From contig CAXXKJ010000002.1 in NCBI GenBank assembly GCA_963675295.2, forward strand, positions 3,648,001 to 3,712,000: a stretch of DNA of 64,000 nt. The letters are read 5' to 3'. Within the stretch, counting starts at the first letter, position 1. Each line of letters begins with the position of its first letter. Made by a program: the position numbers and the translations under genes. The notes below the pieces were generated by a model, which saw only the letters and a list, made by a program, of their open reading frames with translations, did not search any database and was not told the origin of the DNA. Below, piece by piece: positions 32,762-43,700 of the stretch. Source of the DNA: a bacterium. Its GTDB lineage: Bacteria; Electryoneota; Electryoneia; Electryoneales; Electryoneaceae.

Positions 32762-35554
32762 GTGATCAAGCCAACACACATAGTGCTGGTAGCCATCGCC
32801 CTGCTGTTGGGCATGAGCTGCGAACTAACCGCCTACGTTCCCACAGGCGAACTGGGCCTGCCGTACATCACGGTTTTCAAACCGGAAGATTACGACGGCA
32901 TGGGTCAGAACTGGGGGATTTCGCAAGCGGACAATGGCTTGTTCTATCTGGCGAACGGAGATGGCGTTTTTGAATACGATGGTGTGGACTGGACGTACCT
33001 GGAAGAAGGATTCAACCGCACCGCCCGTTCGATCGACACCGGCCCCGGACAGTCTGTCTACGTGGGCTACCACAACGAACTAGGCTTCTACCTGCCGGAT
33101 TCCACCGGCGAGCTCACCTATACCTCCCTGATGGAACGCATTCCGGAATCGCTGCGTGATTTCCGCGATGTATGGACGACCCTGGTCTTCAAGGACCGAG
33201 TTTACTTTGCCGCCATCGGCCACATGTTCAGCTGGCAGATCAACGAACAGGGTATCGTTAATGGTTCCCTGTCGATTCATGTTGCGGCCGGGGAAAGCCG
33301 GTATCAGGGCTTGACAATTGTGCGTGATCAAATGCTGTTCGTGGATCCGGCGAGCGGCTTGTTTGAGGTCAAGGGCAGCGAACTTGTCAAGATTCAAGAT
33401 GATGATGGCGCGAACCTTCGCCCGGTTTGGTCCATCCTGCCGTACCTCGAGGACCAGTATCTGCTGCTCGGGTACGAAGGCGTGTACGTTTCGGACGGTA
33501 AGAGCATCAAGCGGTGGCGTGCGGACGTTTCCGATCTTTGCCGTGAATCCGGTGCATACAACGCGACCGCCCTCGGTGACGGCTACTTTGCGCTCGGTAC
33601 GGATGACGAAGGCGTGGTGCTGTTCGACTCGACCGGCACCGTGCTGAAGGTTGTCGACCGTGACCTTGGCTTGCCGAACAACCAGGTGTTGACCTACCCA
33701 TATCTCGACAAAGAGGGCGGGGTCTGGGTGTGTCTCGACTACGGTCTGGCTCGTGTCGACCTGATTTCTCCGCTGCAACGTTTCAACCATTCTCTCGGTC
33801 TCGAAGGCGGCGTGGTTGCAATGCGCCGGTTCAAGGGGTCGCTGTATGTGGGCACGTCTCAGGGGATTTATGTCCCGCGTGAAGCGGATCAGTCAGGCCA
33901 TCCGGTTCAGTTTACCGAACTGGGATCGATGCTGTATTGCTGGGACATGCAGGAAGTCGCCGGGCAGTTGTTGATCGCTGGTGACGGGGATGTGCAAGTG
34001 ATCCGCGATGTCGGCCAGCGCCCCGAGATGGTCGCGGAAGGGGTGTATCCGTTCTCGATCGCGGTCGATTCGACGAACCAGCGAGCGTTCATCGGGTGCA
34101 CAGCTGGCCCGATCCGTTCGTATGCATTCCGCAACGGTGTCTGGCAGGACGAGGGCGAGCTTGCCTCGTTGGATGAAGATGTGATGTGGTTGACCCGGTC
34201 GCCCGACGGCGCGCTGTGGGCCACGTATGGCTTTGATTCGCTGAGTGTCGCACGAGTTGAAATCGAGCAGACGTGGGAATCGGTCGAGGTGTCCAATGTG
34301 CTACGTTTCAACGAAGCCAACGGCTACACCGAAATGGTCGCGGGCATGCCCTTCCTCTGGGGCGATGACTGGATGGTCAGCGGTTACGAGATGCTGTATC
34401 GTTGGGATGCTGTCCAGCAAGCTCTGGTTCCGGCCAGCGACACACCGCTGTTTGAATACGCGGTCAAGCACACGATCAGTATGCCGACCATGTCGTCTGA
34501 TCACAGCATCTGGTTCGAGGACAATGCTGGTATCTGCAACCATGCGATTCTGAAGGATGACGGATCGTTCGTGCTGGAAACGCCGTTGCGCCGTACTTCC
34601 ACGACCGGCTACAACTCGTTCTACACGGAAAACGGAACGTTGTGGGCCGGACTGGTTGGGCTTCACCTCGTCCGCTACGATTACGCTGCGGACAACGGCC
34701 CCGAGCAAGAACATACCACGCTGATCCGCGACGTTCGCATCGGCGTGAACGAATCACGGTTCAACGGGGCGACGCAGCACCTGACCCTGCTGCAGCAGCC
34801 GGTCAGCTGGTCGGACCGTACTGTCCGAATCAACTATGCGATGCCGTGCTACGAAGATGTGACGCGTAACGAGTACCAGGTCCGTCTTGTCGGTCTGTCG
34901 GAAACGTGGTCCGACTGGACGCAGGACACGCACCAATTGTACAACAACCTCGCTGCCGGCCAGTACCGGTTTGAGGTGCGTGGGCGCGATGTCCATGGCA
35001 GCCCCAGCAAAATCGCATCGGTTCGGTTCTTCGTCAGTCCGCCGTGGTATGCCACGTGGTGGGCGACGACGCTGTGGCTGGTGCTCGCGATCAGCCTGAC
35101 CTACGGCCTGATCAAGCTACGGTTGCGTGCGATCGAACTGCGCAGCAAGCGTCTGGACGAGCTTGTGAAACAGCGCACAGCGGAACTGGAACAGTTGCGT
35201 GAGGCGGAACGGGAAGCTGAGATCAAGGCGTCTCAGATGGAAACGGCGTACAAGATGGCGGCCACCATCGCGCACGAGTTCAACAACCCGCTGGCGATTA
35301 TCCAGGCTTCGTCACAGCTGATGCAGAAGGATGAGTTCGACGAGTACAAGCTGCGTGAATTTGCCGATAAGATTCCGCCGCAGGTGACCCGTCTGAAGGA
35401 ACTGCTGCACCGCATCCGGACCGTTGACGATCTGCGTGAAATCGACTACGCCGCCGGCATGAAGATCCTGGACATCCACCACGGCAAGCCGGGCAACGGT
35501 GTCCACCCCGAACGTGAAACCAACTCGCGATCCACTCGCGATCGACGGAATTGA
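32762..35554 (+). CDS. membrane sensor: beta-propeller + Y_Y_Y domain + TM + HisKA, lacking HATPase
   Basis: Propeller repeats, EYQVRLVG..WSDW..YNNLAAGQYRFEV, PPWYATWW, AHEFNNPL, then ends. Confidence 0.85.
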   Translation: MIKPTHIVLVAIALLLGMSCELTAYVPTGELGLPYITVFKPEDYDGMGQNWGISQADNGLFYLANGDGVFEYDGVDWTYLEEGFNRTARSIDTGPGQSVYVGYHNELGFYLPDSTGELTYTSLMERIPESLRDFRDVWTTLVFKDRVYFAAIGHMFSWQINEQGIVNGSLSIHVAAGESRYQGLTIVRDQMLFVDPASGLFEVKGSELVKIQDDDGANLRPVWSILPYLEDQYLLLGYEGVYVSDGKSIKRWRADVSDLCRESGAYNATALGDGYFALGTDDEGVVLFDSTGTVLKVVDRDLGLPNNQVLTYPYLDKEGGVWVCLDYGLARVDLISPLQRFNHSLGLEGGVVAMRRFKGSLYVGTSQGIYVPREADQSGHPVQFTELGSMLYCWDMQEVAGQLLIAGDGDVQVIRDVGQRPEMVAEGVYPFSIAVDSTNQRAFIGCTAGPIRSYAFRNGVWQDEGELASLDEDVMWLTRSPDGALWATYGFDSLSVARVEIEQTWESVEVSNVLRFNEANGYTEMVAGMPFLWGDDWMVSGYEMLYRWDAVQQALVPASDTPLFEYAVKHTISMPTMSSDHSIWFEDNAGICNHAILKDDGSFVLETPLRRTSTTGYNSFYTENGTLWAGLVGLHLVRYDYAADNGPEQEHTTLIRDVRIGVNESRFNGATQHLTLLQQPVSWSDRTVRINYAMPCYEDVTRNEYQVRLVGLSETWSDWTQDTHQLYNNLAAGQYRFEVRGRDVHGSPSKIASVRFFVSPPWYATWWATTLWLVLAISLTYGLIKLRLRAIELRSKRLDELVKQRTAELEQLREAEREAEIKASQMETAYKMAATIAHEFNNPLAIIQASSQLMQKDEFDEYKLREFADKIPPQVTRLKELLHRIRTVDDLREIDYAAGMKILDIHHGKPGNGVHPERETNSRSTRDRRN

Positions 35555-35591
35555 TGTAGTCACACGATCCAGCCATGGATCCGCGCCCCCA

Positions 35592-35628
35592 GATGCAGGC
35601 CAACCCTCAAGGCCTGCATCACTTTTTA
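35592..35628 (+). terminator. intrinsic terminator
   Basis: gatgcaggcc-N9-ggcctgcatc-acttttt. Confidence 0.75.
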
Positions 35629-35725
35629 TGTATCTCTCCGTGACTCTGCTCGTGCTGCCCGTCCGGCAAGCCACACCTGCAAACCTGTTATTTTCCTGCG
35701 AACGATATCACCAGCAGGGGGTTCC

Positions 35726-36460
35726 ATGGCGGACCGGCGGATTAACAGCAACGACGGCGGGCTTTTCTTTGTCGCGATCGCGATTGTGGTGGCGGCGTTT
35801 ATTGCGGGCAATGCGGTCAAGGCGGTGAAACGGGCCGGCGATACGATTCAGGTGACCGGTTCAGCGAAGATGAGCGTCGTCAGCGATTACATCGTCTGGC
35901 GTGGTGAGGTGCGTACCGACGCGCAAACCCTGAAGCAGTCCAGCCAGCAGTTGTTGCGCTACCGGCAGACGGTGGAAGCGTTCCTCACAGACCAGGGTGT
36001 CACCGATACCGAAGTCACGTGGCAGGCGCCGAATATCTGGGAGCAGCGCGAGTATGTGAATGGGCAGGACACCGGACGGATTCTCCGCTACAACGCGTCG
36101 CAGATGTTCATCATCCGTTCGTCCCGGGTCGATGCCATTGCCGAGGTCGCCAAAGCGGCGGAGCAATTGATGCGGGAAGGTGTTCCATTCAATCCGTACA
36201 CGCCGGAATTCACCTACAGCAAGCTCAACGAAGCACGCATCGAGTTGATGGAAGAGGCGACCCGTGACGCGCGAGCTCGTGCCGAAAAAATCGCCGCCGC
36301 TGCCGACAACGAGGTCGGTCCGATCCGTGAGGCACGGATGGGCGTGATTCAGGTGGTCGCGCCGAATTCGACCAATGTCAGCGACTACGGGATGTACGAC
36401 ACCACGACGAAGGAGAAGGATGTGATCGCGGTGGTCAAGGTGTCGTTCGCGGTGGAATGA
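35726..36460 (+). CDS. SIMPL (DUF541) domain protein
   Basis: TM anchor, IQVTGSA, ATRDARARAEKIA, KEKDVIAVVKVSFAVE. Confidence 0.85.
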   Translation: MADRRINSNDGGLFFVAIAIVVAAFIAGNAVKAVKRAGDTIQVTGSAKMSVVSDYIVWRGEVRTDAQTLKQSSQQLLRYRQTVEAFLTDQGVTDTEVTWQAPNIWEQREYVNGQDTGRILRYNASQMFIIRSSRVDAIAEVAKAAEQLMREGVPFNPYTPEFTYSKLNEARIELMEEATRDARARAEKIAAAADNEVGPIREARMGVIQVVAPNSTNVSDYGMYDTTTKEKDVIAVVKVSFAVE

Positions 36461-36670
36461 GGGCAGAGCTCAGGGCACAGTCCTCAGTCCACAGTGGACA
36501 GTGCTAAGTTGTCGGAAGCCGGAAGCCGGAAGCCGGAAGCCGGAAGTATTGAAGATAAATAAGTTGGGGACACTTACTCCGTTAAGTGTCCCCAACAATC
36601 GTCTTTACAACTTTCGCATCTGTTGCGTCTTTGGCGTCCTTTGCGTCTCTTGCGTCCGTTGCATCCGTCC
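36461..36670. repeat. composite intergenic repeat: heptamers, (CGGAAGC)4-5, REP type A palindrome, 9-mer array
   Basis: cggaagc tandem 36513-36547; ggggacacttactccgttaagtgtcccc 36566-36593; ttgcgtc-type 9-nt units ~36612-36670. Confidence 0.8.
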
Positions 36671-36675
36671 ACCGA

Positions 36676-37194
36676 TCACTGATGGATCAGCCGGGTGATC
36701 GCCGCCAGGTGATGATCGTCGTGCGACGCGGCGAAATCCATCAGATCGATCACATTCATCGGCTGCTTCAGGCGCGGGTGGAACGCTTCCCGTGTCCATT
36801 GCGGCTCGTCCATCGCTTCCAGCCGCTCAACAAACGCACCCCGTGCATAGCGCAACTCCCGCAACAACCGGATCACCGGCATCGAGTTGAAGTCCGCGTC
36901 CTCGGTGCGGGCGTTGGACATGTCGGCTGCGGTGAGTTCCTCGAGACCGGCGTCGTAATCATCCAACCGTTTCAGCCACAGCTCTTCCACCTTCACCAGG
37001 TGGCCAACGTTTTCCAGGATGGTCCACCCGTGTTCCGGTTTGCGGATGAGCTGCTCCGGATCGAGCTCGAGAATCCGGTCCTCGACCCGGGCCGGTGTTC
37101 CGCGCAACCGTTCCAGCAGCAGCGGAAACATCCAGGCAGGACGGCCATAATCGAATTCTCGTTCAACCCACAGCTTGCGCGGTCGTGTGTTCAT
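36676..37194 (-). CDS. DinB family protein
   Basis: WTILENVGHL...HDDHHLAAI. Confidence 0.9.
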   Translation of the reverse strand: MNTRPRKLWVEREFDYGRPAWMFPLLLERLRGTPARVEDRILELDPEQLIRKPEHGWTILENVGHLVKVEELWLKRLDDYDAGLEELTAADMSNARTEDADFNSMPVIRLLRELRYARGAFVERLEAMDEPQWTREAFHPRLKQPMNVIDLMDFAASHDDHHLAAITRLIHQ

Positions 37195-37353
37195 GGTGTG
37201 GCTTCCGGTGGTGGTTGGATTCCTACAGATTAGCTGGAACGGTCCGGTCTCTGAATGATGCTACAGGAAGATGGACAAATCGAACGCCATGCTCAATGAT
37301 GCCAGCATGACGTTCGCTCCGCCCCCCCTGGGACATGGACTCATCGTTGAGTT

Positions 37354-37845
37354 CTATTGCGCAACCTTGCGCACCTTCTCCGGCTTCACATCCTTCCACA
37401 TACCAGAATGCTGCGCGATCGCCTTCTTCTGAAGATTGTTGTAGTGTTCGGCGAACTCGGGCAGGTGTTCGGTGTCGACTTCCGCCAACCCCATGCTGAC
37501 CAGTTCGGCGCCAAAATCCTTGCGTTGCGGGCCATACTCGACGGTCGCGAAGGGTAAACCATCCTCACCGTAGACGATGCCGGCGGCGGTGTTGTCCTTC
37601 GTCCACGAGGAGAACGTGACGCGTTGGCCCTCGAGCGCTTGCTGCGCGTACTGGAACGCTTTCTGACCGTAGGGATCGTCAAGGTCAGCCGCACGCACTC
37701 CGACCAGCCGGGCTTTCCAGCCGCCTTCCAGTTCGACGATGTCTCCGCGATGAACTTTCACGATTGTGCGTTGGTTGGCGAGAACGGCGTGTGTGGTGAA
37801 CAGAATCAGCAGCATGCACACCGCCAGAACAACAGAACGTCTCAT
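37354..37845 (-). CDS. secreted thermonuclease (SNase)-fold protein
   Basis: Signal peptide, GDIVEL..ARLVGV, ELVSMGLA, AIAQHSGMW. Confidence 0.75.
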   Translation of the reverse strand: MRRSVVLAVCMLLILFTTHAVLANQRTIVKVHRGDIVELEGGWKARLVGVRAADLDDPYGQKAFQYAQQALEGQRVTFSSWTKDNTAAGIVYGEDGLPFATVEYGPQRKDFGAELVSMGLAEVDTEHLPEFAEHYNNLQKKAIAQHSGMWKDVKPEKVRKVAQ

Positions 37846-38033
37846 GATTCCCCCGAAAATCTTTTCGCGCCTGCACCACCCACGTCATGAGTACGAGTTA
37901 GCCTGTGTAAAAGTTTCACAAACCTCTGAAACTGTGCTCCAGGGGCCGGGTTGCACGAAAACGAAAGGCGCCATTCAGTTGATTCTGGTTTGAATCTTCC
38001 GAACCGCGCCTGTATTGCGAAAACCGGATCGTG

Positions 38034-39134
38034 CTACCGGATTCCTTCCTCGATATTGATCATGCCGTCGTCGGTCGACAGGTTGATCGGAACACCACCA
38101 CCGTTGCGCAGGATGCGCGCGGTAAACTGCTCGCCGATCTCTTTCTGTTCATCGACCGGGAAATCGCAGTGGAATTCGTGCTCGCCGTCGTAATCGTCAA
38201 TGGCGACATCAATGGTCGCGGCGAGGGATTCATACAGCTCGACGCTGATCGGTCCCGTGCCACTGTGCAGTGCCAGTCCGGTCAACTCACCCGAGCCGAG
38301 GTAACGCAACGACACTCCGCCGGTGTCAGTGCCCGCCCGAAGCTTCCCACTCAGGTCACGAACATCGATCCCGCCGGTATGGGTTTCCGCGACCAGGTTG
38401 TCATGATGGCCTCGAATGTCCAGCCCGCCGGTGGACAGCATCACGTCCAGCTCGCCGTAGGTATTATCGATCTCGGCCCCACCGGTGCTGGTCTGTACGG
38501 ACGAATGGTTGGTCACGCGCACGTCCCGGATCGACACACCGCCGGTCGATGTACGCACATTCAGCGTCCCCTCGACATCGCGCAGCGCGACGCCGCCGGT
38601 CTGGGTGCGGAGTTCGAAATCACCGTTGCAATTGTTCACGTGGATGCCGCCGGTGTCTGTTTCATAGTGCAGCGGACCGGTATAGTCATGCGCATCGAGA
38701 CCGCCGGTCAACACTTGCGCGTCAACCATCGCGCCCTCCGGCACAGTCACCTTGAGGTCGAGATACCAGGGACGGTGGTTCCAATTCGCCAGCTTTCGTT
38801 CGCCAGTAACTTCCCAGCTTTTCTTTCCGGTGTCGACGTCGATGTCGACCCGTTTCGACCACGTCTTGACATCTTTTTCGCTGGCATGTTTGATGCCACC
38901 AAGGGTGAACTCGAGGGTCGCCTGGCCGGTTTCTCCGCTGACCAGTTCGACATTGCCGGTAAACTCACGGATCAGCAACGCGGTGTTTTCGCTAAAATCC
39001 TCAGTAAGCACGGCGACGGCGACCGGTTCGCCGTCATCGTCTTCGCTGATCGTCCAGTCGAGGTCCTTTGCCAGAACCGTCGAACAGGTCACCACCAACA
39101 TCAGGACAAGCAGCAGGGACAGTCGTTGTACCAT
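38034..39134 (-). CDS. secreted DUF4097-type beta-strand repeat protein
   Basis: Signal peptide plus many TxTGGI/V repeats. Confidence 0.85.
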   Translation of the reverse strand: MVQRLSLLLVLMLVVTCSTVLAKDLDWTISEDDDGEPVAVAVLTEDFSENTALLIREFTGNVELVSGETGQATLEFTLGGIKHASEKDVKTWSKRVDIDVDTGKKSWEVTGERKLANWNHRPWYLDLKVTVPEGAMVDAQVLTGGLDAHDYTGPLHYETDTGGIHVNNCNGDFELRTQTGGVALRDVEGTLNVRTSTGGVSIRDVRVTNHSSVQTSTGGAEIDNTYGELDVMLSTGGLDIRGHHDNLVAETHTGGIDVRDLSGKLRAGTDTGGVSLRYLGSGELTGLALHSGTGPISVELYESLAATIDVAIDDYDGEHEFHCDFPVDEQKEIGEQFTARILRNGGGVPINLSTDDGMINIEEGIR

Positions 39135-39291
39135 GGTAGATCTCCGGGATCGGGTTTCGCACGGTGGCTGGGAACACCGTCGCGCGTTGTCACAGGTTCG
39201 TCTCACTGGTTAAGACGCAAACAGCCGGGACAGGGTTACAGTTTTACGTAGCACCCGGCCCGGCTTGACAGACTGTGGCAACCGCCCAGTG

Positions 39292-39669
39292 TTATTTCAG
39301 GAACACGAAGCTGTCGCTGAACACCAATGGCGGTGACACCGCCGGTACAGCCACTTTCGTTTCGAAGGTGTACGTTCCGGATGGTGCAACTCCGGGAATC
39401 TGATACGAGAACTGGACGGTTACATTCATGTACGGAGTTGCCATCATGTACACCGGCCCCCACATCATGTGGCGAGTCCCGTACGGATCGACGATGGTAT
39501 TCCAGAGGTAGAAGGGCACCTGATTGGCCGTGGGATTGATCAGGACGCAGTCAACGGTGAGTGTTCCCCCTCCCGGCGGAATCGTCGTGGACTGTGGCGT
39601 GAGCTGAACCTGCGCGGTGGCAATGGTAGCCGAAAACAGAATACAGAGTACGGCGACGGTAGTTCTCAT
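39292..39669 (-). CDS. small secreted single Ig-like domain protein
   Basis: GGGAG RBS, signal peptide, IPPGGGTL...IPGVAPSGTYTF. Confidence 0.75.
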   Translation of the reverse strand: MRTTVAVLCILFSATIATAQVQLTPQSTTIPPGGGTLTVDCVLINPTANQVPFYLWNTIVDPYGTRHMMWGPVYMMATPYMNVTVQFSYQIPGVAPSGTYTFETKVAVPAVSPPLVFSDSFVFLK

Positions 39670-39971
39670 GACATCTCCCCCCATGTTGATATCAACCTGT
39701 CAAAATGTAGTTACAATTTCGGACATCTTAAGCAATAGAACGCAGTTATCTTGACGTCTGGAGTCGCATTTGCAAACCTCAAGAGGGCAATAAACACGCA
39801 CCGTCCAAGCTGGCCTGACTTATTGGAGCGGCAGATTTAGCCTCCCCTAACAAAACGGTTGTTTCCTGTCGTCTCTCACTTGTCCGGGAATATTAGTTCG
39901 GACACCCTCACTTTCGTCCCGATTTCACTACGTTTTGCTACTACAGAACAGCAAGTCACTGCGAGACTGCC

Positions 39972-40715
39972 ATGACCATCGATCTTGACAGCTACCTGCT
40001 TGGCCGGCCGGAGAAATTCCGTGCGGCGGCACGTGACATTTTCCATTTCATACAGGCACGTGCGGGAAGTCTGAAACCGGAGATCTCCGGCGATTTGGTC
40101 GGGTGGGGCCGGGATCAGAACGATTGGTTCCTGCTGAGCCTCAGTGTGCGCAAGGGCGGAGTGATGCTGTACTGTGCCGCGCCGGTGCTGGATCCCTATG
40201 ACGACGTCCTGCGCAGCCGCCGTACCGGCATGACCTGTGTCAAGCTCAGCCGGGTGGGCACGTTGGACGAAAAGGTGCTTGACGACATTGTGACCAAGGC
40301 GTTGAATCCGCCCATGGACGGGAAGGAAAATGCCGGTAAGGCATACGCCGAACGGGCTTCGACGAAAACACAGTTGACCGATTTCGACGCCTACCTCGCT
40401 GACAAGCCGGCGAAAACGCACGATCTCGCTCTCAAGCTGTACACGCTGATCCGGTCGAAAATCGGTGAGGAACCGTACGCCTACGACGATCACATCCTCG
40501 GTTTCGGACGTCGGGACGACGGCTGGTACAAGGTGTTGATGGCCGCACGGGCATCTGGGGTGATGCTGTATACCTCAGGCAGGATTCTCGATCAGCATCA
40601 GGATCTGATCAAGAAGTCGTGGCGAACCGGCAAGAGTTGTCTCAAGTTGACGAGCTGGGATCAGCTGCCGGAAGAGGTCATTGAAGATATCGTGAATCAA
40701 TCTCTGGCGGGGTAG
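39972..40715 (+). CDS. tandem DUF1801-like domain protein
   Basis: Internal duplication: GVMLY..RTGMTCVKL and GVMLY..RTGKSCLKL. Confidence 0.7.
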   Translation: MTIDLDSYLLGRPEKFRAAARDIFHFIQARAGSLKPEISGDLVGWGRDQNDWFLLSLSVRKGGVMLYCAAPVLDPYDDVLRSRRTGMTCVKLSRVGTLDEKVLDDIVTKALNPPMDGKENAGKAYAERASTKTQLTDFDAYLADKPAKTHDLALKLYTLIRSKIGEEPYAYDDHILGFGRRDDGWYKVLMAARASGVMLYTSGRILDQHQDLIKKSWRTGKSCLKLTSWDQLPEEVIEDIVNQSLAG

Positions 40716-40749
40716 CAACGGGAGCGAGAATCGGCTTCATCTGGAAACG

Positions 40750-43700
40750 TCATGCTTCGCTTAGTACCTCGTTGATGCTTTCGATGAGGGATTTCAGAGT
40801 AATGGGCTTGTTGATAAACCGGATGCCGTCGTCCAGGATACCGTGATAGGAAATGATGTCGTTGTCGTAGCCGGACATGAAGATGACCTTCAACCCTTCG
40901 TTGCGTTCCTTTAACGATTTGTAGAGTTCACTCCCGTTGAGTCCTGGCATGATCACATCCGTCAGCAGCAAATCGATCGTGCTTCCCAGCTCTTTGTAGA
41001 TCTGGATCGCCTTTTCCCCGCTTTCGGCCGGGTAAACGGTGTGCCCCTGGAACTCGAGCATTTTCTTCGTCGTGCTGCGTACATCATCCTGGTCTTCCAC
41101 CAGCAGGATGGCAGCCGACCGCTGTTGACCTGCTGTCTCTGCAGGTGAGTCAACCGGCGTTTCCTGTTCGCCCTCAACCGCAGGGAAGTAAATCTTGAAA
41201 ACGGTTCCGGTACCGGGTTCGCTGTACACCCAGATGTGTCCGTTGTGCTGCTTGACGATACCGTAGACCGTCGACAATCCCAGTCCAGACCCTTGTCCGA
41301 CCTCTTTGGTGGTATAGAACGGATCAAAGATTTTCGCCTGAGTCTCTTCATCCATGCCATCGCCGGTGTCGCTGACGCTGAGCATGGTGTAGGTGCCGGG
41401 TTCAAAGTCAGCATGAGCCACGGCTGACTCACTGTCAAGTTTCACCGTGCTGGTTTCGATCATAATCCGGCCGCCATCCGGCATGGCGTCCTGCGCATTG
41501 ATCAACAGATTCATCAGGATTTGTTCGACCTGGGGCTTGTCCACGCGAATCATCATCACGTTGTCGTCATAGGCGAACTGGAGCTTGATGTCTTCGCGAA
41601 TCGTGCGGCGCAGAATCGTCTCAAATTCCCGGATCAGCCTGTTCAAATTCACCAGCGCAATGCTCAGGACCTGTTTCCGGCTGTACGCGAGGAGCTGCCG
41701 TGTCAGCTCCGCCGCTTTGGTTGCGGTAATGTTGATTTCCCGGATATCTTCATAGATTGGATTGTTTTCATCCATCGACATCATTGCCATTTCGGAGTTT
41801 CCGATGATTGGGGTCAGCAGGTTGTTGAAGTCGTGTGCGATCCCGCCGGCCAGGTGACCAATGGATTCAATCTTCTGGGATTGCAGCAGTTGCCGTTCGA
41901 GTTCCTTCTGGCTCGTGATATCACGCAGGATCCCGAGAATCGCGGTATCGTCACGATAATCAATTTCAGAGACTGACACTTGCACATCATGCTTTGAACC
42001 GTCTTTATGCAACACGGTAAATTCGTACATGTCGGACAAGTGTTCCCCTTTTTCTCTCATTTCAATTCGACTTTTAATCATGGGCCTGTCTTTGGGATCA
42101 ACATAGTCCATAAAGGTAAAATCAGGATCTGATGCATCTTTTGCAGTCACTCCCGTTAACTCTGTAAATTTATGATTGATAATATCAAATTTATTATTGT
42201 AGATAATGTAAATCGCATCATTAGACTGCTCGATAATTGTCCGTAACTTCATTTCGCTTGTTCGTAGCGCAGATTCAATCTGCATACGCTTGGTCACGTC
42301 GCGTACAAATTCCACAACCCCTATGATCTCTCCAGATTCACGGATGATCGGATAACTGAACACTTCAAACCATTCATGCTCTGTCCCGGGAACACCTCGG
42401 ACAATTGCTGTTTCCGTCTTCCTTGATATCATGCACCGTCGTGTCGCACACCCTTCGACTTCGTGCGTTCCATTGAAACAGGTTGCGCAACGTTTACCAG
42501 TCAGGACCGGTTCGTTTTCATACCACTTCTGCATCGTCCCATTGACCCACAACACGGTCAGGTTGGTGTCGAGCACCATGATGCCGTCCTGAATACTCTC
42601 ATAAATGTTGGTCAGGAAGGCTTCGTTATCCTTCAGCCGTTTCTGCAGCTGATATTCCTCGGTAACGTCGCGGAAAACGAGTACGACCCCTTCGAGGCTG
42701 CCATCCATTGCACGGATTGGAGCCGCCGAATCGGCGATTTGATACTCCTTCCCCCCTTTCGCTACCAGCATCGTGTCATTGCTCAATCCGATGATCTCGT
42801 TCTGTTCCAGTACGGCGTGTACCGGATTGTCAGCCGGTTTGCGTGTAATTGCATTGATAATCGTAAAGACGTCTTCCAAAGGCTTACCTTCTGCCGCGGT
42901 CTGCGTCCATCCGGTCAAGGTTTCCGCGACGGGATTCATGCGCGTAACGCGGCCTTCGGTATCCGTCGTGATGACTGCGTCCCCAATCGACATCAACGTA
43001 GTGCGCAGGTTCTGTTCGTTGCGGAACAGCTCCCGCCGGGACTGGTTGGTGCGCACGAGGCCATAGGTAACGCCTACCAGCGCCGTAGCAAGCATCAGGA
43101 ACGCCGCAGCCAGATTCCAGATCAGGGTTTTATACTGGCGGTAAAACGTGACCGGTCCGTAAAGAACTTCGGAGCCGTCCGGAAGTTGGGACTCGGATAT
43201 GTTGAATTTTTTCAGTTGACGGTAATCAAACTGATACGCCGTAGGGGTTTCGTAGCGAACCGGAATATCTCCGGCTGGAGTGCCGGCCAGCACCTCTTTC
43301 GCGATATCCGCAACAGCCAGACCCAGGTCATAGCCGTCCACCAGCAAGCCGCCAACGATGCCGTGTCCGAGTTCGAAATTCCACGTTCCGTAAACTGGCG
43401 CTGCGGAATGATCGCAGATCAACCTGGTTCCCTCATCGAACTCGAAGAACTGGCCCTTGTTGTCACGGGTGAATAAGGTGTGCAGAACGACGGTATTTGG
43501 GGTCAGATTTTCGAGACGGTCAATCAGCTCGTAGATGGTGACGTCGGAGATCTGTTCGATTTCAGGAAGTTCTGCGCCATTTTCGCGCACGATCCGGTCG
43601 ACCTCTTCCTGGATCCGTTTGCCCGTGTTCGTGATATCGGAGATGACCAAAATCCGGTTGACCGCAGGATGTAATTGCTTGATCAGTCTGAAATTATCAA

